NCBI GenBank assembly: GCA_963789395.1 | Contig: CAWBKP010000013.1 | Coordinates: forward strand, 186,495 to 250,494 | Length of the DNA: 64,000 nucleotides | Reading direction: 5' to 3' | Source of the DNA: an uncultured delta proteobacterium | GTDB lineage: Bacteria > Desulfobacterota > Desulfobacteria > Desulfobacterales > Desulfatirhabdiaceae | Part shown: positions 19,679 through 29,870 of the stretch, in pieces | Layout: each line of letters opens with the position of its first letter | How positions within the stretch are numbered: the first letter of the stretch is position 1 | Notes under the pieces: model-generated | What the model was told of the DNA's origin: nothing | The model's input: the letters and a program-made list of their open reading frames with translations, nothing else | The model's database searches: none | Made by a program: the position numbers and the translations under genes

Positions 19679-21145
19679 TTATATCCGTTTCTCATTCTTG
19701 ACGCCAGACACCGCTTCCAGAGCATAAGTCAGGGGGGTGTTGAAGATATGCCGCATCTTACCGAATGGCAGATAGGCAACGAACAGCGCGCCGACGATTC
19801 CATGTGCATACCACAGGTATGGATAAATTGATGCCCAGTTCAAATCAAAGACGGAGAAAACCTTCGACAGGGGATATCCGACAAAGGAATAGATTGCCGT
19901 TTGATCGGATATGCCGGTGGACAGTATCCGCACCCCTTCAAGAAAGAAGCCGAGCAGGATCAGAATCCCGATAATCGCAAGCGCAATGTTGTCCTGGTAT
20001 TCCGATACAACATGATCCGGTTTGGTGACGAATCGCCTTACCACGGCCCAGATGATGCCAAGAAGGATAAAAAGTCCCAGAAGGTCGTTGGCAAAAGCGG
20101 TGAACGGGTTGTTCTTGTCGATCAGGACCAGAGACCAATCCCCATCGGGATTGAAATAAAAGACAAGAGCGGTAAAAAGACTTAACAAAAAGCGCATTAA
20201 TATTGCGGAAAATATCAATGAATGCATGGACCAGCGTCCAATACTTTCTTTAAGAATTCTTCTCTGGAATATAATGTCCAGAACAAACATTTTTGACAGG
20301 GAGAATATCTGTCTTGAAAAAATAATATTCCAAATGGATTCGGAACTTAAACTGATCTTTCGGTGCAGCGAGTTCTCCTCGCCCTGAACACTGCCAAGAT
20401 ACCAGAAGCGCAGGGTAGCCAGAACGCCTGCAAGGAAAATAAGCATTGCCGCGCCGAAGATCGGATGGCCCATGGACAGGGGCGAATTATGGCAGACAAT
20501 GCAAAGGGCGCTTTTTGAAGGCAGCACGGCAGCAGGCGCGCCAACTGGATTGCCGGAAAAATGGCATTTTTCGCATGATTTCAAATCGCTGACATCCGCA
20601 GGAGCGTGATCTGAAAGGCTTACCGGCTTGGAATTCAAATCCATTCGGGCCAGCTTGACACGGTCGTCTTTGGGATCGAGCTGAACGGACTGGGATTTGA
20701 AATGGCAGGCCTGGCAACTGACCCTCAGGTGCGGATCATGGGCCGTGCCTTCTCCGTGAACGGAATGACACTCAAGGCAGGTGGCGCCTGTTACCGTTTT
20801 ATGGGGTGAACGGGCTACGTCCGCGTGGCATTTGACACAGGCGATAAACTGGTGCCGCTTCTGATTTTTGTTGAAATCTTCCGGCAGAACCTGGAGCGTG
20901 ATGTCTGTGCCGTCAATTTTTCTGACACAGGTTTTTTCCCTGTGGCAATTGTAGCATAAGGCGTTGGCGGCAAAAACGCCCTCGTTGCTGTTGACATTGG
21001 GGGATCTGTGACAATCCAGGCAGACCAGCGGCTTTGTTCCGGAATCATTTGGGGGGGCAGTCTGTTTTTTCATCAGATTCAAGCCCGCCAGCGTTATCAA
21101 CAGTACAACACCGGCAACAATAGAGATAGTCGTTTTCGAATTCAT
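19679..21145 (-). CDS. Heptaheme cytochrome c fused to NarI-like (nitrate reductase gamma) membrane domain
   Basis: 7 CxxCH (CLDCH, CYNCH, CVKCH, CLECH, CQACH, CEKCH, CIVCH); C-terminal hydrophobic helices with WSMH and AHG...YLPFGKMRHIF. Confidence 0.88.
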   Translation of the reverse strand: MNSKTTISIVAGVVLLITLAGLNLMKKQTAPPNDSGTKPLVCLDCHRSPNVNSNEGVFAANALCYNCHREKTCVRKIDGTDITLQVLPEDFNKNQKRHQFIACVKCHADVARSPHKTVTGATCLECHSVHGEGTAHDPHLRVSCQACHFKSQSVQLDPKDDRVKLARMDLNSKPVSLSDHAPADVSDLKSCEKCHFSGNPVGAPAAVLPSKSALCIVCHNSPLSMGHPIFGAAMLIFLAGVLATLRFWYLGSVQGEENSLHRKISLSSESIWNIIFSRQIFSLSKMFVLDIIFQRRILKESIGRWSMHSLIFSAILMRFLLSLFTALVFYFNPDGDWSLVLIDKNNPFTAFANDLLGLFILLGIIWAVVRRFVTKPDHVVSEYQDNIALAIIGILILLGFFLEGVRILSTGISDQTAIYSFVGYPLSKVFSVFDLNWASIYPYLWYAHGIVGALFVAYLPFGKMRHIFNTPLTYALEAVSGVKNEKRI

Positions 21146-21189
21146 AAAGAAGTTCCCACTCTTTCGATTGTTATAATATTGAAGGCCGG

Positions 21190-21891
21190 TTAATCCTTAA
21201 GAGGCTTGATGCGCTTCCACTCTTCAGGGTGTTCTGCCGCGAGTTTTTCTTTTGTGATTTTTCCATTGAAAATTGATTTCTCCAAAGGGAAAACCTCCGG
21301 CAGAAGATGGGTGTCGGACATGTGCACGATACCGATGTACATGACGGCCAGTATGGCTTCATGGAAGTGGAAATGATTGGCGACATTGACAAAGTATCCG
21401 GGCAGTATCGTTGAAAAATATTCAGGGAACCACATGATTAAGCCCGTTATGCCCATGCTCTGCATGCCGAGCATGACAGCCCAGTAATCCACTTTCTGAA
21501 GATAGCTGAAACGATCGAAAAGCGGCGGCGGGCCTTTGCCGAAAAAATACCTCAGGTTCTGGTACAGATCGGTTAAATCTTTGGAGCTTGGCACGAGGGA
21601 AGCGGGTCCGAAAAGAATTCCTTTCAGCGCGATCTTGTAATAGCAAAGCCAGAGGAGATGGACTATAATTCCAAGATAGAGAAAAACAGCACAGAAACGA
21701 TGAAGGGAACCTGCTGCTGCGGCGCCTCCGATGATGGAGACCAGAAATTTTGTCCAGTTGTAGTGGCTCAGATTCAGCAAGAACCCGGTTATGGCCAGAC
21801 CCGTAAAATTCACAATAATGACAATATGCAGCAACCTGTGCAGCACATGGAACCGCTGATAGTAATGCGTCTGGTTTGATTTCGTTTCCAT
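21190..21891 (-). CDS. Cytochrome b subunit (hydrogenase/formate dehydrogenase cyt b type)
   Basis: RF...HRLLH...ITG, LHRFCA, RFSYLQKVDYWA, HFHEAILA...VHM. Confidence 0.85.
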   Translation of the reverse strand: METKSNQTHYYQRFHVLHRLLHIVIIVNFTGLAITGFLLNLSHYNWTKFLVSIIGGAAAAGSLHRFCAVFLYLGIIVHLLWLCYYKIALKGILFGPASLVPSSKDLTDLYQNLRYFFGKGPPPLFDRFSYLQKVDYWAVMLGMQSMGITGLIMWFPEYFSTILPGYFVNVANHFHFHEAILAVMYIGIVHMSDTHLLPEVFPLEKSIFNGKITKEKLAAEHPEEWKRIKPLKD

Positions 21892-22772
21892 TAGTTATGC
21901 TTCCTCAATTTTTCGTGAATTTTCCTTAACAGTAACAAACAACTGTGGCTGTAAAAAAAGGCCAGAACCACAACAATAAAAACAAGTGAAATCAGGCTCA
22001 GGGTATGAACCGTCCGAAGCGCAGACTTTTTTGTGTCGCTTTTATTGTCCATATCGGTTTTGCTGTCGTGGATGATGATGTCTGCAAATTGCGGCTGGGC
22101 ATCCGGGTGACATCTCTGGCATGATTTCAGCGCAGCCCCTTTCTCTTTTAAAGAAGCACAGTGATGGGCGCCGTGGCAGTCGGTGCAGGAGGCGGATTTG
22201 TCAAATCCCAGGTTGACCGCGGCTTTGCCATGGTAATTGGCAAGATAGCTTTTCATCTGGTCCGGATGGCAGGCGCCACAGGTCATTGTCATGGCTTTGT
22301 TGATTTGCGAACGGGAGAGATGCGATTTTGAGTAGTGTGCGGAGTGACAATCTCCGCAGACAGGAGCAGGGCCGGTTTTGGATGTCACACCGGTTTCCTT
22401 TTCTTTTGTCAGGGCTTTGGCATGTTCTCCCGAGAGAAATCGTTCATAGGAATTTTTATGGCATTTTTGGCAGCTCTGATAGTCAAAAACCCTTTTGACC
22501 TCTACCTTAAGAAAGTCCTTGGCCGTGGTATCCGGGTGGGGTTTTCCCATCTCTGTCATGGGGCCGTGACAATCCTCACATTTGATAGCGCCGTGGGCAG
22601 CGCTGGAAAAGCGGTTCATATCCACAAACCAGCCTGAATTGGAAGCGGGTACTGCCTTGCCCCAGGCATGGGGAAGCTCAAAAAATGCCTGTAAGGATAA
22701 CCCCACCATCAGCAGAGAAAAGATCAATTTGATTTTAAACCCTGAAATATTGTTAACTGATCCTGTTCGCAA
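21891..22772 (-). CDS. Hexaheme cytochrome c with N-terminal export signal and C-terminal membrane anchor
   Basis: 6 CxxCH (CEDCH, CQKCH, CGDCH, CGACH, CTDCH, CQRCH). Confidence 0.88.
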   Translation of the reverse strand: MRTGSVNNISGFKIKLIFSLLMVGLSLQAFFELPHAWGKAVPASNSGWFVDMNRFSSAAHGAIKCEDCHGPMTEMGKPHPDTTAKDFLKVEVKRVFDYQSCQKCHKNSYERFLSGEHAKALTKEKETGVTSKTGPAPVCGDCHSAHYSKSHLSRSQINKAMTMTCGACHPDQMKSYLANYHGKAAVNLGFDKSASCTDCHGAHHCASLKEKGAALKSCQRCHPDAQPQFADIIIHDSKTDMDNKSDTKKSALRTVHTLSLISLVFIVVVLAFFYSHSCLLLLRKIHEKLRKHN

Positions 22773-22830
22773 TTTAATCTCCTGTTGTGATTGTTAACGC
22801 TGTTCCATCTGCCGGTTAAGAGTAAAATTG

Positions 22831-24156
22831 TTATTGCCGTGTACTATCATGGATGGGGGCTTGAAAATATAAATAAAAAAAAGACATGGACAATCGGTGC
22901 AGCAGATCAAAAACCGAAGTCGCCAAGTCCAGCGTGTCCAGATGATGATCCACGGCCGATTTGATTTTTCGAAGCGCTGCCGTAGTCTGTCTGGCATACT
23001 GAACCATCATTTCAGCCATGCCGGGAATAACTTCAAACGCTTCTTGCTTTTCAAGCAGTTTGATCCGCTTCCACATGGATTCAAGAAAAACCCTGACTTT
23101 CTCAGGATCGTAAACTTTTTTGCCGATTAACCAGCGAATGGGCAAAAATTCCAGACTGGATGCCGCAATCCTGGAATTGCTCAGTTCACGTCTGAGTTCT
23201 CTGACCAAATCCCGGGCTTTTTCCCCGGATAGGATTTCAGTTCGGCCGGTGAATTTGAGCGTTCCGGCAGTTGTGTTTGGCATGCCATTGCATTTTCCCG
23301 TCTCCCAGAAAATTGCATCCGCAACACATTTGTTGGCATAGGGGTAATCGGGATGTTCCAGATGGGGGCCGAACAGATAGAAACAGCCTTTGCCCGAAGG
23401 GATGCGGACGATTGCTGCCTGTCCGATCAGGGTTTTTGAAGCAATCGCCTCGCTGACAAGAAAGGATGTCTTTTCGGTAAAGCCGCAGTAATAAGCAAGG
23501 ACTGTGGACGGATCAGAGACGTTCATGCCGGGGCCACCGTATAAGGGAGCATTGAATTCGGAAATGGCGGCAAATGCTCCGGCGGTTTTTAAGCGGATTT
23601 CTTCCCGGACCGGATGAAACACAAAATCACATCCATATGACGAGCAGGATTTACAGGAATCTTTCAGAAATTCAGGCAGCGTTTTACTTAAATTGGTGAT
23701 TTTTACATCGACAAAATTGAACATGTCCAATGGCTTTTTCGATGAATTCATGGGAAGGTATGCCCCGGCGCAGGAACCGATATAAATCCCGCCCTGTGCA
23801 ACAAAGGATTTGATTTTATCGGCTCCCTGACGGCCTATGGATTCTGCGACCGCAAACGTATCGCCTCCGGATATCACCATGACATCCAGGGGTTGTAATC
23901 CGTCTGCCTTTATGGCTGCCTCATCCAAAAATGCCAGATCGAAAAAACCCATGTTCTCAAACATGTCCACAAACCAGAGCCAGGAGTGCGAAGATCCGCT
24001 TCCAGCATAGATGCCGATTTTAGGATAGCGCATCAGCCTGCATTCAGGGCTTGGGACAGCTGAAAACCGCAGATCATCACCTGCCTTGCGGATATATCGA
24101 AGCTTTCCCTGCGACAATTCAAGGTTGATATCTGCATAGGGTTGGAAGAAATTCAT
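22831..24156 (-). CDS. BPL-N / class I glutamine amidotransferase-like domain protein
   Basis: IGIYAG.G, ISGGD, GGIYIGSCAGAY (nucleophile elbow Cys), GPHLE. Confidence 0.75.
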   Translation of the reverse strand: MNFFQPYADINLELSQGKLRYIRKAGDDLRFSAVPSPECRLMRYPKIGIYAGSGSSHSWLWFVDMFENMGFFDLAFLDEAAIKADGLQPLDVMVISGGDTFAVAESIGRQGADKIKSFVAQGGIYIGSCAGAYLPMNSSKKPLDMFNFVDVKITNLSKTLPEFLKDSCKSCSSYGCDFVFHPVREEIRLKTAGAFAAISEFNAPLYGGPGMNVSDPSTVLAYYCGFTEKTSFLVSEAIASKTLIGQAAIVRIPSGKGCFYLFGPHLEHPDYPYANKCVADAIFWETGKCNGMPNTTAGTLKFTGRTEILSGEKARDLVRELRRELSNSRIAASSLEFLPIRWLIGKKVYDPEKVRVFLESMWKRIKLLEKQEAFEVIPGMAEMMVQYARQTTAALRKIKSAVDHHLDTLDLATSVFDLLHRLSMSFFYLYFQAPIHDSTRQ

Positions 24157-24168
24157 AAAAAAACACCA

Positions 24169-25482
24169 CTAATTGCAGATGTCTGTGATAACCCCATCCA
24201 GGATATCCTGGGTAAAATCGATTTCCGTTCCAATGCCGGCAAGGGCCAACAAATTTTCTTCCGACAGTTCCGGACACATGACGGAAAAAAGCGGCTGGAT
24301 TCCAAATATCATGGCCACGGCCTGCCTTCTTTCCCACCAGGCCAGAGTCTCGGCTGCATCTCCGGAAAGCCCGAAATCATTAAAAATGGGTGTTGTGGGG
24401 CACCAGGGGCTGAAGATTCCCTTGCCCTTCAAAGTGGCTGTCCCACTCAACCCCTCAAACGAGGCGACAATATCTTTCAGGCCGGTTTTTCCGCAAAGCG
24501 CCGCAACGGCTGCAGGGTCAATGCCGTATTTTGCACATGCTTTAAATACCCGGGCGGTGTCTTCTGCCGAAAGCCCGATTTTATGAAATGCAAGCAGGGC
24601 GGGGACGTCAGAAATGAGTACCCCGGGTTCGGCGACTTTGCTCTCTTCAAGCCGTTTGGGATCATCATCAAGAAAAACCATGGTATTGGTCGCATAGGGC
24701 GTGAAATAGTCGGCACTGTGCCGATGTACAATGGGCGCAAGCCATGCCGTCATGTCTGCGTCGCCAAGGGCCGAAGCGATCTCCCCAATGCCTTTTTTTG
24801 TCATGAAGTCATTTGTTTTGATTTCTTTAAGGAGCTCATGTGAGCGGCTGACAAAATCTTCTACATCGGCGGCTTCTATCAGTCCCATGCCTCTGAAGGC
24901 CATGCCTTTTAATTTTTTATTGCCAAAGACTTTGCCCAGTCCAAAACGATCCGGGCTGCTCCAGTAATTATAGCAAACCTGGGCGTAATCGGATCCGTTT
25001 TCTCCTGCTTTTCCGATCATTAAGGTTTGGAGAAGGTCATCGCCCACCACCTTGCGCAATGCATCCGTTGATTCCCAGACATCCTTGCCCCAGATGTCAG
25101 AAGCATCGGAAATATCCGCGACACCGTCATGGATCCAGAGGTAAACAGGCTTTTGTGAAACGCCTTTGACAACGATATAGTCATAACCCGAAAACTTGAT
25201 TTCAATGCCGACTTTGAGGGTTATGGGGCAGTGGCATAATTTTCCGGTAACCGGGCTTTTGGCAGTAATCAGCCCGCTGGCGGATGCCGGGCAGGTCGTG
25301 CCGGTGAGCAAGCCGGTTCCGATGACAATGGGGTCATCGTCTTGATATTTTTCGTAAAGGTGTTTGGTTATTCCGGCGCCGCCAATTTTTTCACTGACCA
25401 GGGATTCATCCAAAGCCGTTTCTGCCACGTCAGATGATGCCAAGTCAATGACAAGGATCTTATCGGTTGATAAATATTCCAT
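24169..25482 (-). CDS. Aldehyde:ferredoxin oxidoreductase-like protein (short, degenerate)
   Basis: ILVIDL, IGGAG, GLLTGT, TAKSPVTG, GYDYIVVKG...KPVYLWI, IGKAGEN, GLGKVFGNKKLK; only 437 aa. Confidence 0.8.
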   Translation of the reverse strand: MEYLSTDKILVIDLASSDVAETALDESLVSEKIGGAGITKHLYEKYQDDDPIVIGTGLLTGTTCPASASGLITAKSPVTGKLCHCPITLKVGIEIKFSGYDYIVVKGVSQKPVYLWIHDGVADISDASDIWGKDVWESTDALRKVVGDDLLQTLMIGKAGENGSDYAQVCYNYWSSPDRFGLGKVFGNKKLKGMAFRGMGLIEAADVEDFVSRSHELLKEIKTNDFMTKKGIGEIASALGDADMTAWLAPIVHRHSADYFTPYATNTMVFLDDDPKRLEESKVAEPGVLISDVPALLAFHKIGLSAEDTARVFKACAKYGIDPAAVAALCGKTGLKDIVASFEGLSGTATLKGKGIFSPWCPTTPIFNDFGLSGDAAETLAWWERRQAVAMIFGIQPLFSVMCPELSEENLLALAGIGTEIDFTQDILDGVITDICN

Positions 25483-25497
25483 ATTCGTATTCCTTAT

Positions 25498-25854
25498 TTA
25501 TTCCAGAGTAATCGCATCTACAGGGCAAAAGGCAATGCACATCGGCCCGTAATCATCCATATCTTCACAAAGGTCACAGCCTTCCCTTAAAAGCATGGGC
25601 TTGGCAGAAGCGTCGGCTTCCTTGTCCGGGTCTGCCGCCTCCCCGATTCTGTTGACCTCAAGTCCTTCGGGCCGGGCAACCTTTAAAAATTCTTCCTCTT
25701 TAAGAAGCACGCCAAAATAATCTTTTTTTTCCCTGGCGCGGTACGCGACAATGCATGCAGAGAGAAAAGCAAACCCATCATCTCTGTGATAACTGCAAGC
25801 CATTTCGCAGGCCATGCAATTGATACATTTCAGTCCATCAATTTTGATCCCCAT
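25498..25854 (-). CDS. 4Fe-4S ferredoxin-like protein
   Basis: CINCMACEMAC and CDLC...MCIAFCP. Confidence 0.85.
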   Translation of the reverse strand: MGIKIDGLKCINCMACEMACSYHRDDGFAFLSACIVAYRAREKKDYFGVLLKEEEFLKVARPEGLEVNRIGEAADPDKEADASAKPMLLREGCDLCEDMDDYGPMCIAFCPVDAITLE

Positions 25855-25987
25855 TTTACGACCTCACTTAACCATTTCATTTGATTCGGGTTATGAGCTT
25901 TTTATAAGCAGATAAAAGCTCCCAATGCGCATGGTGAATATACCGCATCATTATCCAAGGAAAAATTAAAAGTCAATGATATATTTT

Positions 25988-26003
25988 AAATCATCTGATG
26001 TTT
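25988..26003 (-). promoter_or_regulatory. Palindromic operator candidate AAACATCAGATGATTT, 11 nt upstream of TTGACT of the left-arm promoter
   Basis: Near-identical copy at 33305-33320 with the same 11-nt spacing to TTGAC; lies in the divergent region next to the FadR/GntR gene. Confidence 0.65.
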
Positions 26004-26103
26004 AGATTATTAAAATATTTCTTGACAAGGGGTGGGAGGATATGTGAATTGTTGAACCCAATTCATGGAAATCGAGCTGCAATTTGATGCGTAGGGGGAC
26101 AAT

Positions 26104-26865
26104 ATGAAAAAAATATTTGATTCTGTCAAATCAAACAGAATATCGGAAAATATTGTTTATCAGATACGCAGTGCCATTTTGAGCGGAGAGCTGAAAATCG
26201 GAGACCGGCTTCCGTCTGAAAAAGAGCTTGCCATGGACTTTGGGGTCAGCAAGTCGTCTCTCAGGGAAGCTTACCGGGTACTGGAAGCCTACGGGCTGCT
26301 GGAAATAAAGCAGGGCATGTCCGGCGGCGCTTTTGTCAGGGAAGTCGATATCAAGACGATTAAGGATGGTCTGGTCAATTATTTTTTCTTTCAAAATCCC
26401 AGCATCCGCGAATATACCCAGATCCGGACCTTTATCGAACCGCAGGTTGTTAAAATATGTGCATCAAGAATCACGGACAAGGACATCGATTTTCTGAGAA
26501 ACAATATCATGGAAATGGAAAAAGAGGTGGATGGCGAAAATTTCATGAGCGATCTTGACTGCGCCTTTCATAAAAAGCTTGTTGATATTACGGGGAACAG
26601 CGTCGTCAGCCTCATTGTTGAAAGCGTCCAGACCGCCTTGATAAATGTCAAGCGCATGCTGCACATGGACCACGCCTTTTTGACGATGGTCTGTGAGGGC
26701 CACAAAAAAATTGTGGATGCCTTGAGCGAGCGTGATCCCGATAAAGCCAGCAAAGAAATGATGCAGCATATCATCGAGGTCGAAACGGGAATGCTGGCCT
26801 GTAGAAACGGAGAAATTGTTTTAACGGAAACAGGAATTTTAAAATCGGATATACGAAGCAAATGA
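26104..26865 (+). CDS. FadR-subfamily GntR transcriptional regulator
   Basis: GDRLPSEKELA..FGVSKSSLREA HTH; FCD domain with FHKKL..ITGN and H..IVDAL. Confidence 0.93.
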   Translation: MKKIFDSVKSNRISENIVYQIRSAILSGELKIGDRLPSEKELAMDFGVSKSSLREAYRVLEAYGLLEIKQGMSGGAFVREVDIKTIKDGLVNYFFFQNPSIREYTQIRTFIEPQVVKICASRITDKDIDFLRNNIMEMEKEVDGENFMSDLDCAFHKKLVDITGNSVVSLIVESVQTALINVKRMLHMDHAFLTMVCEGHKKIVDALSERDPDKASKEMMQHIIEVETGMLACRNGEIVLTETGILKSDIRSK

Positions 26866-27027
26866 AGATTGATTGTATTGGATAACCTCAACCTGAACGC
26901 ATTTAAAAAATTCTGCCACAGAACCGAACAGGATGCTGAATTTCAAAAAAATCTGAAAATGCGTATCGGGTTGTAATTTGGACATCAGGATATTTGATTA
27001 CCTAATAAAATTATCAGGAGGGATTAA

Positions 27028-28473
27028 ATGGCCGAAATACCAGAAGCGACAAAAGTTGATCCACAAATCACAAAAAAATTATGTGAAATTGTCGGGGAAA
27101 AAAACGCAACGGACATGAAGCACATCCGTTACGCTTATTCCTACGACTTGTCTTTTGTGAAGCGAAAAAGCCCCGATTATGTCGTCATGCCGACGACGGT
27201 TGAACAGGTTCAGCAGATCATGAAATTTGCCAGCCAGGAGAAAATATCGGTAACGCCGTTTACGGCCGGCACCAATATCGGCGGGCTGTGCATTCCGGAA
27301 AACGGGGGAATTCTCCTGGATTTAAAACGCATGAACCAGATCATCCGGATTGACGCTGAATCTCATTATGCCATCATCGAACCTGGGGTTTCTCATGCTA
27401 AATTCGCCAGCGCTCTGTATAAACACGGACTGAGATGGAGCTGGCCGGTCGGACCGCCGTCGGCTTCGGTCTCTTCCAATGCCCTATGCCACGGTATCGG
27501 CGGTTTGAGCGGGCGTTATGGTCTGAACAGTGAAGAGATTACCAGCATGGAAGTTGTGCTGCCGTCCGGAGAACTGGTCAGGGTCGGCTCCTGCGCGATC
27601 CAGGAAGATTCATGGCACAGCTGCCTGCCATTGCCCCGTGTCGATGGTCTGTTTACCGGTTGGCTGGGTACAACCGGGGTAATCACCAAACTGGGGGTCC
27701 GGGTTCATCCCATCCCGCCGATTCTGAAAGTGTTTACCGCATCCACGGAAAAAATCGCAGATATGGCGTCGTATCTGCGGACGCTGGGCAATTACGAAAT
27801 CTGCGATGATTTGACAGGTGTATCCTGGTGGCTTTCGCAGGTGCCCATTCCCTATCCCTATAAGCCGAAACCGGAGGGCGCTCCGGAATGGATATCTTTT
27901 GCAACGACGTTTTCCTGGACAGAAAAAGAAAAAGAGGCCCGGGAAGAAATCTGGAAAATGGCTTTTGACGAGGAAATAAAAAAAGGCAGTTCCCTCAAGG
28001 AGACCCAGTATCCTGCGGAAGCCCTGAAGGCAAGAACCCAATTGCCAAGCCAGATCGTGGGATCAACGAAAAATTACACCAAACAGGCAGGTGCCGGTAT
28101 TTCCTGGCCGGGAACCTTTACGCCCGTTAACAAGTGGGAGCCGGTTTATGAGGCATGGAAGAAAATTCTTATTGCCCGCAACTTGTCTCCCTCTGTCCGG
28201 GTGACCAATTACCGAGGTGTCCATTACGGAATGCTCCGGGCCATGATTCCTTTTCCCAAAAAAGATCCGGCCGATGTTGAAAATGCCAGACAGGCTATTG
28301 TCGAGTGTCTGAAAGTTGACCTGGATAACGGTGGGATTCCGTATAAACCCCCGGTGGATTTCGGGCTGGAAATCAACAAGCGGGCTCATCCCGGGTATAT
28401 TTCCCTTTTGAGGCAGGTAAAAAACATGCTGGATCCCAACGATATCATGAACACCGGAAAACTGGCATTATAA
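27028..28473 (+). CDS. FAD-binding oxidoreductase (VAO/PCMH/GlcD superfamily)
   Basis: PDYVVMP, AGTNIGG, DLKRMNQI, IEPGV, EVVLPSGE, GTTGVITK, LDPNDIMNTGK. Confidence 0.88.
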   Translation: MAEIPEATKVDPQITKKLCEIVGEKNATDMKHIRYAYSYDLSFVKRKSPDYVVMPTTVEQVQQIMKFASQEKISVTPFTAGTNIGGLCIPENGGILLDLKRMNQIIRIDAESHYAIIEPGVSHAKFASALYKHGLRWSWPVGPPSASVSSNALCHGIGGLSGRYGLNSEEITSMEVVLPSGELVRVGSCAIQEDSWHSCLPLPRVDGLFTGWLGTTGVITKLGVRVHPIPPILKVFTASTEKIADMASYLRTLGNYEICDDLTGVSWWLSQVPIPYPYKPKPEGAPEWISFATTFSWTEKEKEAREEIWKMAFDEEIKKGSSLKETQYPAEALKARTQLPSQIVGSTKNYTKQAGAGISWPGTFTPVNKWEPVYEAWKKILIARNLSPSVRVTNYRGVHYGMLRAMIPFPKKDPADVENARQAIVECLKVDLDNGGIPYKPPVDFGLEINKRAHPGYISLLRQVKNMLDPNDIMNTGKLAL

Positions 28474-28518
28474 CAAATTTATTTCAGCAGTGGTCATAGG
28501 CGATATACGGAGGTTATT

Positions 28519-29831
28519 ATGAAGTGGGATATCCCAACTCTTGAAGAACTTGAAGATCTGGTATGGAAATGCACGGCATGCGGAAATTGTAAAACTGCAT
28601 ATGAATTCGGTCCTCCACCGACGTTTGGCGAGATCTGCCCCGCAGGCGTCGAATTTGGTTTTGACGGGAACATGGCGTCCAAGGGCAAGATAGCCTTTGC
28701 CAGAGGAATTCTGGATGGAGAACTGGAATGGAATGAAGATTTTGTTGATGCGATTTATAAATGCACGATTTGCGGGGGATGCCAGAACCAGTGTGAGCTC
28801 GATCATAAGCCGATGATTCCCGAAATCATCGAATCCATGCGGCGAAAAGCGGTAAAGGACGGTGCCGGCCCCATGCCGGCACAGAAAGTCATCGCCCAGT
28901 CCATGCGAAGCTACAACAACCCCTACCAGGGGCCACGCAGGGTGAGGACTGATTGGACCCGGCCCTTTAAAAAGGCAGGGAAAACCCATCAAGGATATCA
29001 TGAAGCAAGATGCGCCGATTCTTTACTATGTCGGATGCACCGGCGCTTTCAACCTTCCGGTCAGAAATCTTCCCGTTGCAACTGCCTCCATATTCCAGAA
29101 GGTCGGTCTGGATTTTGGCATCCTCGGAGAAAATGAAATCTGCTGCGGCTCGACTGCGATGAGGCTTGGTGATGTGGATGAATTCAAGCGCGTCGCTGAA
29201 ACCAACATGAAAACGTTCAAGGATCTGCATGACAATCATGGTGTGAAAACCATTATCACCTCCTGCGCGGGGTGTTTCAGGGCAATTAAGAAGGACTACA
29301 GTCTTTCGGACGAATATGATGCGCTTCTTGGCGATCTCCAGGTGATTCATACAACGGACTTTCTTTACAGTCTGTTCAAGGAAGGAAAAATGAAATTCAC
29401 CAAGGAAGTTCCCTGGAAGGTCACTTATCATGATCCCTGTCATACCGGCAGGCATCTGATCGACTTTAAGATCGACACTGATGGATCGCAGCAGTGGGTC
29501 GGTTCTTTTCTGGGCAAGAGCGAAGAGCATTGTCTATATGACATTCCGCGTGAAATGCTAAAAGCCATTCCCGGCATCGATTTCAGGGAAATGGAGACGA
29601 ATTCGCAGCAATTCTTACTGCTGCGGCGGCGGCGGCGGTGTCATGACAGGGTATGGCGACTGGGCAACAAAAAATGCCGGCCTCAGAATTGAAGAAGGCA
29701 TGAGTACCGGCGCTGAACATATGGTTTCCATTTGCCCATTCTGTCATTATAACCTGAATGAAGGCGCCAAAAGGATAAAAAGCCCGATGAAGCTTTACGA
29801 TCTGGTTGAATTTCTGGATATGGCGCTTTAG
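28519..29831 (+). CDS. Fe-S/CCG protein (GlcF/HdrD-like partner of the flavoprotein), split by frameshifts near 28984 and 29597
   Basis: CTACGNC, CTICGGCQNQC, CCGS, CAGC, HDPCH; deleting one base at each site gives AGKPIKDIMKQD and MERIRSNSYCCGGGGGVMTG...CPFC. Confidence 0.85.
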
Positions 29832-29870
29832 CCAAATCGTTGCGACTCATCGAATTATTTTCTCCGGAAA

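Noticed and set aside
28519..29831. Selenocysteine/pyrrolysine readthrough or programmed frameshifting in split genes
   Set aside because: Breaks are frame changes, not in-frame TGA/TAG, and no canonical slippery heptamer is present
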